A stretch of 61,272 nucleotides of DNA, filler included, from Sphacelaria rigidula (Eukaryota): NCBI GenBank assembly GCA_964200075.2. It is 10 parts of 10 records of this genome, joined end to end, with 100 filler letters (N's around TTAATTAATTAA, not from the genome) between each part and the next. Parts side by side here need not be neighbours in the genome. Positions count along the whole stretch, not along the records: positions 30,689 to 36,725 come from CAXNAA020022643.1; positions 36,826 to 42,862 come from CAXNAA020022644.1; positions 42,963 to 48,999 come from CAXNAA020022645.1; 7 more parts are not named here. One strand, written 5' to 3'. Below the pieces are notes generated by a model that was not told where the DNA came from, ran no database searches, and saw nothing but the letters and a program-made list of their open reading frames with translations. Shown here piece by piece: positions 35,186-47,656 of this stretch. The translations under genes were made by a program, and so were the position numbers. Position 1 is the stretch's first letter. Each line of letters begins with the position of its first letter.

Positions 35186-37849
35186 TCCTCTGCTTTTTGC
35201 TCCGTCGTTAAGGTCGTATTTATGCGATTCTACCCCCCCCCCCTCCTTTTCTTAAGCGGCAGAGCGTGTATGACCAGGCTCGTCTGCAGTTCACAGCAAC
35301 ATAAGCTTGAATCGGGCTGATCTGGGAAAATTGAAAAGTTGTGTGATACATTTGTACGTTTTGCGGCTGGCCCAGCTCGTATATATTTTATTCGGCGGCT
35401 TCCACCGCCACGCTCAATAGATCGATTCCAATATAATTCATGAATACATTAGAAGAAGGTCGTCCCTCGTCCCGTCCCAATAACATCACAAATGGAGAAC
35501 AGCCTCCGGTGTCACGGAGGCTCCATCTAACGGAGGATCCTCGAAAATGGGGTGGAACACAAGAACGAGGTTCAAGTGGCATGGCGAAAATGCAGGGTTT
35601 GTACCAAACAGCTATGCCAAGGGAAAGCATCTTCGCAGAAAACAAAATTGGTACAAGCTGGTTCAAATTGAATACCCTAAATTTATTCCCCGGCTGATGA
35701 CGAACGCAATACCCAGCCAATATGCACAAATATGGTATCATACTGACCGCAATGAACAGACAAGAATGGTGACATAGCCATATTTTTGTTCAAGGCTATA
35801 GCGATGGCGCTATGGACAAAAGTATGTCTCGACCAATCAGTGGCCAAAAGTCTATGATCGTTCATTATTTCCTGGAGCGAGGACGGGAACGCATCCTCCC
35901 TCACGTCCTGTGAGTCGTTTTAATTTCGTGGATGATGTTAGAAAATAATATTCTGTCTTGCTTTCATACCTGTACCGCAGAGGATTTGGGTGCATTTTAT
36001 TAGTAGACGCGAGTAAGTACGGTGGTAAAGCAAGGAAAGACAGCTATGATCGGGTTTGCCTGCCGTACTGCCGACAGCGTCGCGTGAAAGCCACAAGACC
36101 CTTGCTGTCGGCGGTTCTCGAATGCAACGACATGCGGTTGATCGTAGAGCAATCTCGTCTCTCCTCCCAGCTTGTTGTAGTAACATGACCTCCTGACATC
36201 GGAATAATTATTATATTATCATGGGAAGCACTGGTGGTGCTGTTGTACCCATTATTACTCAGGTGCTCCCGCGGCCACCGTACGCTGCAGATTGCGGCAT
36301 GGGCGGACTCCTACGCGCCACGCTAGCAGCAGTTAGGTCCCCACCATAGGTATCTTTTTTCACTCCGCATGTCAAGAAGGTCTCCACAAGTGTTTGATCT
36401 CTCACGCTCACACACCCCAACGGGCGTGTCGTCAACCGCCCCGTTGGCGGGAGGGGGAGGTTGGGGAGAATCAACGATGAATAACACCCCCTAAGTTCAA
36501 ATTGGATCTATCCGTTATTGCCGCAGCACCGTCCTTGCTGGCATGTGTGTCACAGAAAACAGTAGTAGCGGTGACGGGAACATTGCCCTGTTTTTCAACG
36601 ACATGTTTTTCAGTGCACAGACGCGTGTCTTGTCCAAAAAGAGAGGCAGAGAGAAATTAACAGGGTTGCCAGAAAAATGAGAAGGTATTTTGAAATGAGA
36701 ATCAACCGCTCCCCGGGATTATGTCNNNNNNNNNNNNNNNNNNNNNNNNNNNNNNNNNNNNNNNNNNNNTTAATTAATTAANNNNNNNNNNNNNNNNNNN
36801 NNNNNNNNNNNNNNNNNNNNNNNNNAATCAACTCGTGAGTCAACTCAGAGTCATCATTTCAACGAATAAATCATACGGTTCGTACATCATTTGTAATTCA
36901 CACAGCCAACCCCTCTTCATGACTCAAGGCGTGAATGGCTTGTACATGTACGCCATGTGTGACAAGTTCAACGTGAGCGCCCGTGTATGTTTCCCACCTT
37001 CGGATTAACGTGGGACCTACATAAGTCAACAAGGTTAATTAGTCTGAAGCCATGGGCCCTGAGCCACACACACTTTTGTTCAACCTGTAATGCGCGCAAG
37101 ATGCCTGCACTGCACAATATGTTATATGCTATCCACCCTCGAGTGAATGTGGGACCAACACTCGGCAAAGAGTTGAATTCTTCTATTTCATGTTCATGGG
37201 GCCTGTATCACGCGTATCTTTTCCCATGGGTAATGCATGCGCTGCATATGTGTTATCCACCCTCAACTCAGTGGACCAATGGCTTATACAGCGTGACTGC
37301 TTGCGCATCATGGCGAGTCAACATCACACCACACCCGGCAGGTACAAGGAGGCGCGGCAGTTCGCCGCGGCTGTTCAGTACCGTGCACGAGGGGTACATC
37401 TGGGTAATGGTGAAAAGATGCGTTCTTCCAATCAAGACCCATCGACGGCGTGGTCGTATGCTGTTGTGTTGGGACCTCACAGGAAGGAAACACGCAATAT
37501 TGTACTAACACCATTCACTTTTCTGTACTTCAGACTAACCGACAGCGAAAGGGATGTGGCCGGTACCATAGTACGGGGGAAACACATCGAGGATATTGTA
37601 GATTGCACATCGTGAACAAAGTTGCGCGGTGGTGTACGGTGGTTCACCGCCGTTGGCAATTGCTGTGTGAAAACAGACCTTGACGGAACCCACTCGAGAT
37701 TTCCTTGTCCGGGCCCAGCAAAGCATAGCACAGCAACACGGAATACGGTGACATCATCCAATGTGCGGGGCAACTTGCTCCTGTGACACAGCGGCTCTTA
37801 TGGGAAATGAATACTGTGGTGCGCCGTTAATCGCGTGCTATATTGCCAG

Positions 37850-37937
37850 GTTCAACTCCGCCGAAAAGTGCACTGGAGCCGGAATTCGCTTGGGAGGGCA
37901 CGTCATTGACGGATTCACCTATGGTGTCGACAACGAC
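37850..37937 (+). CDS. Exon of a probable right-handed parallel beta-helix (pectin-lyase-fold) protein, phaeovirus-related brown algal family
   Basis: CCAG|G-FNSAEKCTGAGIRLGGHVIDGFTYGVDND|GTGAGT. Joins in phase 0 to the exon at 39323. Confidence 0.72.
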
Positions 37938-38498
37938 GTGAGTTTCTCTTCGCATGCTACTTTAATACGCACTCGCTCGTAACAGGCGGGTTTATGGAAA
38001 CCAAGGTACTCCGTCCAGTGGAGCACAATTGAAAAAATGTACTCGCTCATCGGCATAATAACCGTGTAGCTCACGTTATAAACTCCCCTTTTCGTAAAAC
38101 ATAGCACGTAAACTATATTTAGTACATAGGCTGCGAGAGCTACCGCGTAACCCCACCACACCCTAAATGTTGTTTTGTCAACCGTTTGCGTAAACATACG
38201 TGGCGAAAGGACGAAATATATTCTTGGTTCACGTCCTTACACTAGCTTCCTCCTCGGGTGTTCACCTCGCCGAAGAACACATCGCGCTCTAGACGCAAAT
38301 TATATCGCGGGAAATTCGGCCGTTGCCCGGTCGATATGATCCGATCATCGAGCACCACTGAACACGTTTCTTTGGCCAACACCGGGACGGGTGTGTTGGG
38401 GTTATTTTGTGGCTCGTGGCGTTTGATACTGTTCTCGAAACAGATCGACTACTGTCCCGAAGACAGTAGTAGTGTAGGAGAGGGTGCACAATGGTTGT

Positions 38499-38709
38499 TG
38501 TGATGCGTGAGAGGACCGCGTGCTTAGAGGACCGCATCGGAATTTGAACATTCCTATGGATAGGATTAGGGTCAGGGTTAGTGTTAGGGTTATTGTCAGG
38601 GGCGTGGTACCTGCAGGGAGTGGCCCGATTGGTTTTGAAAAACGTCGATCCTGAGGTGTTTTGAACCACGGCGCGGTCCTCTAAGCACGCGGTCCTCTCA
38701 CGCATTACA
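38499..38709 (-). mobile_element. TGT...ACA MITE (Ginger-like), copy 1, intronic
   Basis: 37-bp TIRs TGT(G/A)ATGCGTGAGAGGACCGCGTGCTTAGAGGACCGC, 5-bp TSD GTTGT, internal degenerate (TTAGGG)n. Confidence 0.88.
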
Positions 38710-39322
38710 GTTGTTAGACCGCTTGCTCCTGCAGCTCAGAATAAGATCAGTGAGACAAAATGGTTGATCGAGCTCTTCATCCGGCCAAGAGAAACAGAAC
38801 GCACAGCCTCTGCTCAAAGCAGAAAGCTGAAGGTAGTGAAGGAGAGTGATTGAAAAGGGCAATAGAAACCACCGATTACAAACATGCTCAATCCTGTAAG
38901 AAGAATCAAGGACTGCTGCACGTAGGTAGGTTCTTACCGTATCATTCAATTCAACCTCTCTATTACGGACGCGGTAGCTTTGCCAGCTTGGATCAACTGC
39001 AACCTTCCACAAAAAATATCCTACAACTTATTACGTGGTCTAGATACTCGCTAGGGTATTGACAAGTCATGGCAATACGCCTACTCTAGCAATATCCTAC
39101 TCGAAGCCCCATCCACACAGAAGAGGCACTCTCCGTAAAAAGATTCAATGTAACTGTACTGCACGGTTCGAAGTTTTGTTGAACTGCAACAGGTTGTGCC
39201 GCTATTATCTGTTCTTGTAACAACTCAATTCAAAACACAATGCGTATAGACTGTACCGTCTAGATTTTTTGCAACAGGGTGTATCGACGCGTATTGCCGA
39301 TTATTTGCTCCTCATCAATCAG

Positions 39323-39450
39323 GTGTATGGTAACGACTTTAAAACGACCAGCGAAGGCTCCATCAAGTCTCGTCGGGAGCCTCAGGGACTTATCTGCGGC
39401 AACTCGTGCGACGATGACGACAGCGCCGACTGTGAGATCGAAGAAGTCGG
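39323..39450 (+). CDS. Next exon of the same beta-helix protein
   Basis: ATCAG|VYGNDFKTTSEGSIKSRREPQGLICGNSCDDDDSADCEIEEV-GG|GTAAGT. The joined peptide YGVDNDVYGNDF has the NxVxxN pattern of beta-helix coils. Confidence 0.72.
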
Positions 39451-39550
39451 GTAAGTACCATCGTGACAAATGGAATTACTACCGATATAGCCTGCTCGTT
39501 CCGTGGTCACGTTTAAATTTTTGGATCAAATTCGGATTCAGAATCGCGGA

Positions 39551-39630
39551 AACCTAACTCTAACCCTAACCATAGGGATGTTAAAACTCCGATGCGGTCC
39601 TCCAAGCACGCGGTCCTCTCACGCATTACA
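39551..39630 (+). mobile_element. TGT...ACA MITE, partial copy 2 (one end only)
   Basis: cctaactctaaccctaacc...gcggtcctccaagcacgcggtcctctcacgcattaca. Confidence 0.85.
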
Positions 39631-40478
39631 CTCTGTCTAATGTTACCACTGACACCGTTAGGGCGGAGAAAACGCGTGTGCGATCCCCGCCAAATTCGTC
39701 TTGTGTAGTTTTCGGAAGCATCCGATCTCCGTCATTGATAGCGTGAGAACGTGAGTAGCAGACAGAGGCTGTTTGGCTGAGTTTGGTAGATGACAGTCGA
39801 CGCAGTCCGAGAGGGCTGATCCAGTCCGCGATACCAGAATGTAAGGCGTGTATCGAGGGAGGGATGGGTTGATCTCATCTCTGGAGACCAAGTACTTGTC
39901 CCAAGGAAGGGGAGAAGTGAGACGTCATAAAAAAGGGCAGATTGCTCGGTCGTGCGCGGCAGTTTCAGAGTGGTAACATGAGTCGTTCTGCCCTGACAGC
40001 TCTCGTTCTATAGCATCATTGTGGGGGGGCTTTCAGTGGTGCAATGCCTTCCCTCTGTCGCTTCCCCGTGCCACGTCTGCAGAATCGTGGCTAGTCAGAG
40101 TTCAAGAGCGACAGGGTACGAAATAACAGTTAGCGAGGGGTATAGGTGATGGTTTTCTGCAACAGTGTGCTGTATGTGATGCGACTGAACCCCCCTCGCC
40201 CCTCGCCCCTTCTGCGCGACTGGGATGATCATACTGCGTAGTGTTTGAATGGTGAGACACCCATGATGCTGTGTGGAACGCGTGGCTATCTCATGAAGTG
40301 GCGATACCAGAAAATGAAGCAACTCATTGGAAGCTGTCGCCCAAATGCAAGATAACCGGCACGCTTCGGACCGAATAATCTTCACGTGATCCAGCTCACC
40401 CTTCATACGACTCGCCGAATATATCACGGCGCTTCACGCTTGGTATTGATTACGAGCCTGGTCCGGCGACAACCCGTC

Positions 40479-40575
40479 GTGCTCCGTCCCAGCTTTGTGG
40501 GGATGCGAGTGGTCAATATCATATGACTATGCACGCAAGATTATGAGTACCCCCCCGCCCCCCGCCCCCCCCCCT
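40479..40575 (+). mobile_element. 3' end of a diverged LINE subfamily ending in a C-rich tract
   Basis: gtgctccgtc...gggatgcgagtggtcaat...tgactatgca..caagattATGAGTAC, followed by ccccccgcccccgcccccccc. Confidence 0.7.
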
Positions 40576-42226
40576 CGCCCCTTCATTCCCGTCCCCCTTT
40601 GATGCGCGATATTTTCAGGGATGACGAAGAGATCGAGGGTAGCTGGGATAAGGATTGCCCAGCCACCCTTCCCATTGTTCCTTTCATCGATGAATAATGG
40701 ATACGGTTGGGCTTCGCCCAGTTGCAGCGCTCACGCGGTACATTGTAGCATTAGACGGATGAGGCGGATGAAAGTTCGAGCAATCGGGAAGCGGTGGATG
40801 AGAGGAGGGCGGAGAATGGGGGGCGGCGGGGGGGCGGGGCGGTAGCTGACTTTACGCATGAGATCGAACGAGTAATAATGGTACCATCGCTAAGACGATT
40901 GTGCAGTAAATCATTTTTTATTCCACGACACTTTCAGTGCCAGATACAGGGAAGCGGGAGGGGGGCGGCGAGTGGGAAGGTGAACACATGCACAACACCG
41001 TTTGGCATCCCACGTGCCCAAGACAGCCAGTTTGGCCTGGACTTCCTGTTTCACGCGCCCTCCCTGTGGGGCATGGAGATATCTCAGCGTCGCCTCCAGA
41101 CAAAATTCGTGAGCTACTTAGAGTTGCAACTACTCAGAATTGCGCCTGGATGTTCTATTTCGTTGTCGTCGCTGTTCCGCTGCTCTCAGACTTGAGAATG
41201 AGTGGAATAGTATATGAACGTTGGGGAAAGTGGTGAGGAACCAATGTCCCCGCATTTATTTGGTGTGGTAAAGGTTACGACGTGACACGGAAATCATCTC
41301 GCTGGCGACGAGCAGTTTAGTCTGAAGCTAGGAGCAGAATAACAACGCCAAGTTCGCTAGCTACAAGAAGAGGCTCAACGAGAGAGTCTTACAATATCGG
41401 CCACTGACCAACAAAATCTCAGCCACTGTTGTGTGTCTCATTTCATAAGGTTTTGTTCCCACCACTCGTGTCGAAAATTCTGTAATTTAACTGTGTTATT
41501 CAAAGGGCGTGTCGTGTATAGGACTGGGGACATGTAGCTCGTTGAGGCCAGCTTAAATGCGGGTATTGCTGACAGCGAGTGCTCTTGTTCAGGAGGATCC
41601 CTGCTGGGGGCTGGTCTAGAGTAGTCATGTTCACGACTTTGTGCATGATGTGCTAGAAAATGGGGGCCGTGCGTCCACCTGACCATTTGCATATGAACGA
41701 CACGAGCAGCAGGCGCTCTGGGCATGGAGGAAGAGAAGTGAATGGTAAAATTCTTGGGTGCAAGACCCTGTGGGCGCATGTATGTGTAAGCGTTGAGGTT
41801 TGAGTGGTGGGAAATGGCGAATTCAGCAAAGGAGTGACTCTCAGCAAACGGATTTGGTGTATTGATGAGTAACAGTAACTTAATTACAAGGTTGTGTATG
41901 TGACTCGTTTTGTTTCTGATATTTTCCAGTGTTGTGGTGTAGCGGTGTTCAAACTTCGTTCAACTTCAAGTGTCGAGGAATGAGGTCCCCATTAAGGTTT
42001 TCTCCGTTTTGCCTTTTTTGTTTTATCGATGTGTGGGATCGTATCGGTCACTGGGTATACTAATTGGAATTGAGTTCCTGGAGATGGTATTTTGAGGTTA
42101 AAGGCATCAATTACTCATACATCGCCAACAAATTCGATGAGGATATGTTGGACCTTTCGGCTGAATATGTACGTGTTTACAAACCTGCCCAAGTGGTGAA
42201 TGTCGGAATGTATATGGTCATCGTGG

Positions 42227-42417
42227 TGTGATGCGTGAGAGGACCGCGTGCTTAGAGGACCACGTCGTAGTCCAAAACACCTCAGGATCCACTTTTTCAA
42301 AACCAATCGGGTCAGTCCCTGCAGCAACCTAAGCCTGACCCTAACTCTAACCCTAACTATGGGGATATTCAAACTCTGATGCGGTCCGCTAAGCACGCGG
42401 TCCTCTCACGAATTACA
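42227..42417 (+). mobile_element. TGT...ACA MITE, copy 3
   Basis: Same TIRs as copy 1, inverted orientation, 4-bp TSD GTGG (42223-42226, 42418-42421), internal cctaagcctgaccctaactctaaccctaac. Confidence 0.88.
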
Positions 42418-43197
42418 GTGGCTTGTGTACAAAATACACGGTGTTCAACTGTCAAAGTGACAGCAACAATTGGTCCAACTGGTGAACCCAGCTCTGACGA
42501 GAGAGCTTACAGAGGCTGCACAGTGTTCGTTGAACACTTGCTTGTGCGATGAGAAAAATGTGTTGAACTTGGCGCTTCATCCGGGCGTTACTCAAATCAA
42601 ACACAATCAGTCTCTACTCCATAGAATACTGGTGACAAGCTGATAGGCTCACTTGAGGTGGGTCGCTTTGGAGAGTAATAGCGTAGGGCTGTCACTCTCT
42701 CGACAAAACTCTTGGGCACTATAAACCCGTTCACCCGAACTGTTGATACCTTGGACACTTCGTACTCTCAACTCTTCAATATTCTGATAATATGCTGACT
42801 TTCTGTATAAACAGCCAATCATCTATATTGAGGATGGTGCTATTGATTGAGGATGAGAACCCNNNNNNNNNNNNNNNNNNNNNNNNNNNNNNNNNNNNNN
42901 NNNNNNTTAATTAATTAANNNNNNNNNNNNNNNNNNNNNNNNNNNNNNNNNNNNNNNNNNNNACCCTTGGCCCGCGGTGCCGGTAGTCCATCTGGACCAC
43001 ATGTTCTTTTTTCAAGTGAATATTGATGCCGATTCAGCAGGTGATCTACTCTCGCGGTCTAACGGTTAACTCCTCCTGCGGAGTTTTGGGTAGGAAGATA
43101 CTTTCGCTCTGTGTTACTCTTTCGTATCTTCCCTGCAATAGAGAAGTGCGACTTCAACCTCATTCTTTGTTTCAACCCAAAAATTAGGATCCGCTGT

Positions 43198-43521
43198 TAA
43201 CCGCTGTCTTCGTACTCCCGAATCAACGAAAACGCAAAGAAATACTCCGCTATGAACAGGCTGTTGTGGTTCGAGTTCTTGTTTGAAGTTTTCCACGATG
43301 AGGCTTTTGTGGTTCGGGATCGACACCCCACAAAAGAAAGCCAGTCTGGGCGACTTTTAATGGGCAGAACACACGCCACAGGTATCAGATGACACGCAAA
43401 CATGAAAGGTAATGTACCGCTGCACCTTCTTCGTGCACTGCAAAAGAAAGCGCGTGATAAGATGCCTTGCCGCCCGAGGAAGCTCGGCAAAAGTGGTGAA
43501 AAAAATGAAATGATACATGTA
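43198..43521 (+). repeat. ~330-bp interspersed repeat, copy A
   Basis: Direct repeat of 47290-47629. Both copies end GATACATGTA and run into TA-rich sequence. Confidence 0.9.
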
Positions 43522-43960
43522 TCTATAAGGATCGTATATATTTAGCACATACATATTTGATATATAAATATATGATATAGTATATACTTCCCCTTGATGA
43601 ATAGTTGTATATAAAAATATATTACAGATGAATATATTGTATGTAATATAAACAATATAGTATATATTAAGGAGAAGAATATGTATAATATAGACCAAAA
43701 ATATAGACCTATGTTGTATGATGTATAATATATGAAATATACTATATGAAATATAATATACGATATTAAATATATGAAACATAGTATATGAAATATACTA
43801 TATGAAATACAATGTATAAAATATAGTGTATGAAATTTAATGTGGGGAATATAATATATTTCATATACTATATGAAATATAATACATGAAATATAATGTA
43901 CGAAATATAATGTACGAAATATATTATTTGAAACATTTATATGAAATGCAATACATTATA
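43522..43960. repeat. AT-rich low-complexity tract (degenerate ATATGAAATAT units)
   Basis: Strongly AT-rich, with repeated tatgaaatat motifs. Confidence 0.9.
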
Positions 43961-44086
43961 CAAGATTCCCCTTCGGGAGGTTTGTACGGGCCTCCCGGGG
44001 GTGACGCAAGTCGAAAATAAACCAGTGTTATTCCTTTTTCATATTATGGAGCCAATTTTGTGGGAGAATATGTACCTTCCACTAGG

Positions 44087-44506
44087 TAACAGTGGATTCT
44101 CGAACATGGGGTTGAAAAAAATTAGGTTCAACTCAAAAGCCGTGCTTTCTCTGACCTAAATTCATGACAAATGGCTTTTATATGGACCACCCCATCCCTC
44201 TCGACCTCCCTGGAACTATTTCGAGCGATTTCTAGCCTTCCGTTCCCCCAAAGGGTATGTGCGAAAGGACGATTTTGGGGACAAAACACGTCCTTTTTCA
44301 CCCCGAAATCGAGGCAAAAATATGCTTTCGCACATACCCTTTGGGGGAGTGGAAGGCCAGAAATCCCCCGATATGGTTTTAGGGAGATCGGGAGGGATGG
44401 GGTGGTCCAGTTGAAAGTCGTTTGTCGTATGTTTTGGTCAGGGAAAGCACGGCTTTTGAGTTGAACCTCATTTTTTTTCAACCCCAATTTCGATAATCCA
44501 CTGTTA
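44087..44506. mobile_element. Foldback MITE, 420 bp, almost entirely palindromic
   Basis: TAACAGTGGATT...AATCCACTGTTA. Arms of ~180 bp pair throughout (ggttcaactcaaaagccgtgcttt / aaagcacggcttttgagttgaacc; aagggtatgtgcgaaag / ctttcgcacataccctt). TA at both ends suggests Tc1/mariner. Confidence 0.9.
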
Positions 44507-45643
44507 GATACTGTCACATTCCGCGGTTTCAATCGTCTCAGACCACAAGTGGTGGGAAAAGCAGTGAACACTTCCAGCATGAAGAGCTCGTTTCCCGGGC
44601 GGTGTGCGGAGTTGAAAAAAAAACATCACGCACGAAACCCGTCACAGCACACATCGCAAGTGATTGCTACTGAAATAAGGTCGCGTCCCGGTAATACACG
44701 GCGAACTTGTGCGGCGTTCTCTAAATGCCGGCCTGACCCTGCGCCCACGGATTTCAAATCACACTTGTATACAGTACAGTATATATGTATGATACTGCTT
44801 GCTGTCTGTGTGTACGTGGTGTACCACCCCTCGCTCTGCAACATCTAGTACAGCGGTCGGTGTTGGAGCTGAGTGTGCATTCGCCCTAGGTGGCGCACGC
44901 AAGAGTAATAATAGGTCCTGCCTGTATCTCTCTGCCGCTATAACTCCTGCCTGTATCTTGAGCGGAGCTGTATGGTAGCACAGCCGCTGTGGGGCGCAAG
45001 CCGGCAGTAACAATTCATACCGCGTGGAGATTTCTACACTGTGTTGAAGTCATACTGCGCGCAGTTCCCACTTTTGTACGAGTACTGCTGTGCACGTCGC
45101 AGAAGGCAATAGCTTCTAAACTGTGCACAGTACATGCTTTTTAATCGTATACTGACTGTAGAAAGCTCTTGTCTAGGGTGTAATACATTTCCATACATAT
45201 CAGCCGGTGAGATCGTGAAATGATCCACAGCACATGGCCGAAGTGGAAGTGAGATAAGCATCGAAATATTCGCGTGCAGAGCCTGTGCGGCCGTACTCCG
45301 AGTTGATAACGCTAGAAAAACATCAGTGCATCGGCCATTTCGGCTGCCGGCCTGTTTGCACGGCCGTCCCAGTAGTGGTGGGACTGTCTGTACCGGGATG
45401 TCACCCCTAGTGCCAGGTACGCCGGCAAGGGTCCGTGGCACTACCCACTGGTCGCGCAACAGGAGCTTAATCTTCGACTGTCAATATTTTTGAAGCGGAA
45501 ATGTTCAGCTCCCAACCCTCACATACACAGCTGACCATAAACGACGCTTGTTTGCTGGGTCCTCGAGCGTTCGTCCATAATGGGCGAAGATTGATGATCA
45601 GGCCGGCAGGATCCGTCGCAGCCTGCATGCTCAACTGTCACTA

Positions 45644-46918
45644 CACACGTGAACAAATAGAACCCTGTAGGACGAGCTGCACAGGGTTCTCCACCGTCTT
45701 TGTGAAAACCCCTGTGTAGCATTTGCAAACTCTAGTACCTGTATTAGCATTTTGCACAGGGTTTTTGTCGAAACCCTGCAAGCAACCCTGTGGAGAGGCC
45801 TTCCCAATTTGGAAAATTCCCAATTATTTTGGTACAAAATCTGTAAGTTTATTTTCTTGGAAAAGCTTCTGCCGCTGTCCGAGATAAATTCCTTTTGCCC
45901 GATTTGAATCGGGCAAAAAGGAATTTATCTCGGACAGCAGGAGAAGCTATTCAAAGCAGATTATTTTCTCGCCCAATTTATTTGGGCAAAAAAAGGATAT
46001 ATTTGCAACAGCTTCTTCTGCTGCGTAAATCCCATGCACACTGGCAGATTTGGAACTTGAATGGCAGAAGAAGCTCGAAATAAATATTTACTTTGCCCTC
46101 CATTTCATCCGGAGATTGGGGGAAAATATATGTATTGCGAACAGCGTCCCGCATACTGCACCGTTATCAGCATATGGGATCCGGCAAGCAGAAACAATTG
46201 TTGAAAATAATTCATCTTCTTGTCCCCCGGTCCATGTGCATGGGCTAAAGGATGAATAGCTCTCAACAGCTTTTGCTCAATGGAGATCCGACACACTGAT
46301 TACGATCGAGTGTATGTCCACACGTCTACGAGTTTAGATACGACGCTTCTGCTCGAGACGTGGATAGTGGGAAGACGGTATATACCTCGCATGTCAGTTC
46401 ACATTGCTTTTGAGAAACCCCGTGGTCCGCAGTCTACCAAAATCACTCGAGCCGAGTATGCTTTTGTTTAGAGAGGTTTTTCTTTGACAGTTATTAGAAG
46501 CACAAAACACCTTCGTCGTTCATAACAAATCAGTTAGCTCAATGGGCAAACTGACGTACTCCCGAGCACAAAATCGTGAGCTCAATCATCACCCCTGCCA
46601 TTTCTTGACCGTTTGTTTCTGCCAGTACCATGCCCATGCTGTATAGAGTATATTGTATGCGTGCTAAAAAGGCTGCACAGCATATTAACAGCGATGAATT
46701 CTGCACGGAGTGACGAAACCCTGTGAAGCGCCCTGTGTGGCACAAAATAATACCCTACACTCAAATCCCCGCGAGAAACCCTGCACAGTTTCCCTGAACC
46801 CTGTGAAGCGTCCTGTGGGGCGCAAAAGCAAAGAACAGCCAGATCCCCGCGAGAAACACTGCACAGTTTCCCTGAACCCTGTAGACGTGCCCCACAGGGT
46901 GCTATTTGTCCACGTGTG
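45644..46918 (+). mobile_element. Non-autonomous DNA transposon, 1.28 kb, copy A (CAC-terminal, possibly CACTA/CMC-like)
   Basis: TIRs CACACGTG(A/G)ACAAATAG(A/C)ACCCTGT, many subterminal ACCCTG(T/C) motifs, TA on both sides. Full-length inverted copy at 55975-57253. Confidence 0.88.
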
Positions 46919-47289
46919 TATACCCACTCTACCTGGCCGTCATCAGACAGCAGGGTGTTGAAAAAATAAAATGCCACGCACCGTGGGTATCCACCGTATC
47001 AATGCACACCAGGCCATAAGTGACTTCCCATACTGCAGCTGTGACTGTGACCTCTTCCTCTAGTACCAATCTACACATTCTTCAGTGTTCTTCACCATGC
47101 TTTTGTGGATTGTCATGTTCACATAGTTGGGGCACACTACGCAGATATGACCGTGATAGAGGCTTCACGTCAAAACTAAATGACGAGGGATCTCAGCTCA
47201 TTCGACCTGCGTTTGCTGCTGACTAAGTCAAGGCAATGTCCAGCTGTTTTCAATTGCTTTGCTTCCATGTTCTCGTGACATTCGCCGCA

Positions 47290-47629
47290 TAATCGCTGTC
47301 TTCGTGTTCCCAAATCATCGAGAACGCAAAGAAAATCACGGTAAAAAAATACCCCGCCATTAACAGGCGTTTGTGGTTCTTGTTTGAAGTTTTCCACGAT
47401 CTTGAGGAAGGCTTTCGTGGTTCGGGATCGACACCGCGGGAAAAAGAGCCAGCGTGAGCGACTTTCGATGGCCAGAACACGCGCCACAGATATCAGATGA
47501 CACCCAAACATGGAAGGTAATGTACCACTGCACCTTCTTCGTGCACTGCAAAAGGAAGCGCGTGATAAGATGCCTTGTCGCCTGAGGAAACTCGGCAAAA
47601 GTGGTGAAAAAAGTGAAATGATACATGTA
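47290..47629 (+). repeat. ~330-bp interspersed repeat, copy B
   Basis: Direct repeat of 43198-43521. Confidence 0.9.
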
Positions 47630-47656
47630 CAAATATAATATACGATATATAATATT

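Noticed and set aside
37342..37615. Exon-like segments upstream of the beta-helix exons
   Set aside because: The peptides do not resemble the expected upstream coils and the splice phases are unconvincing.
43357..43782. 141-aa hydrophobic ORF
   Set aside because: Translation of AT low-complexity sequence (I/Y-rich).
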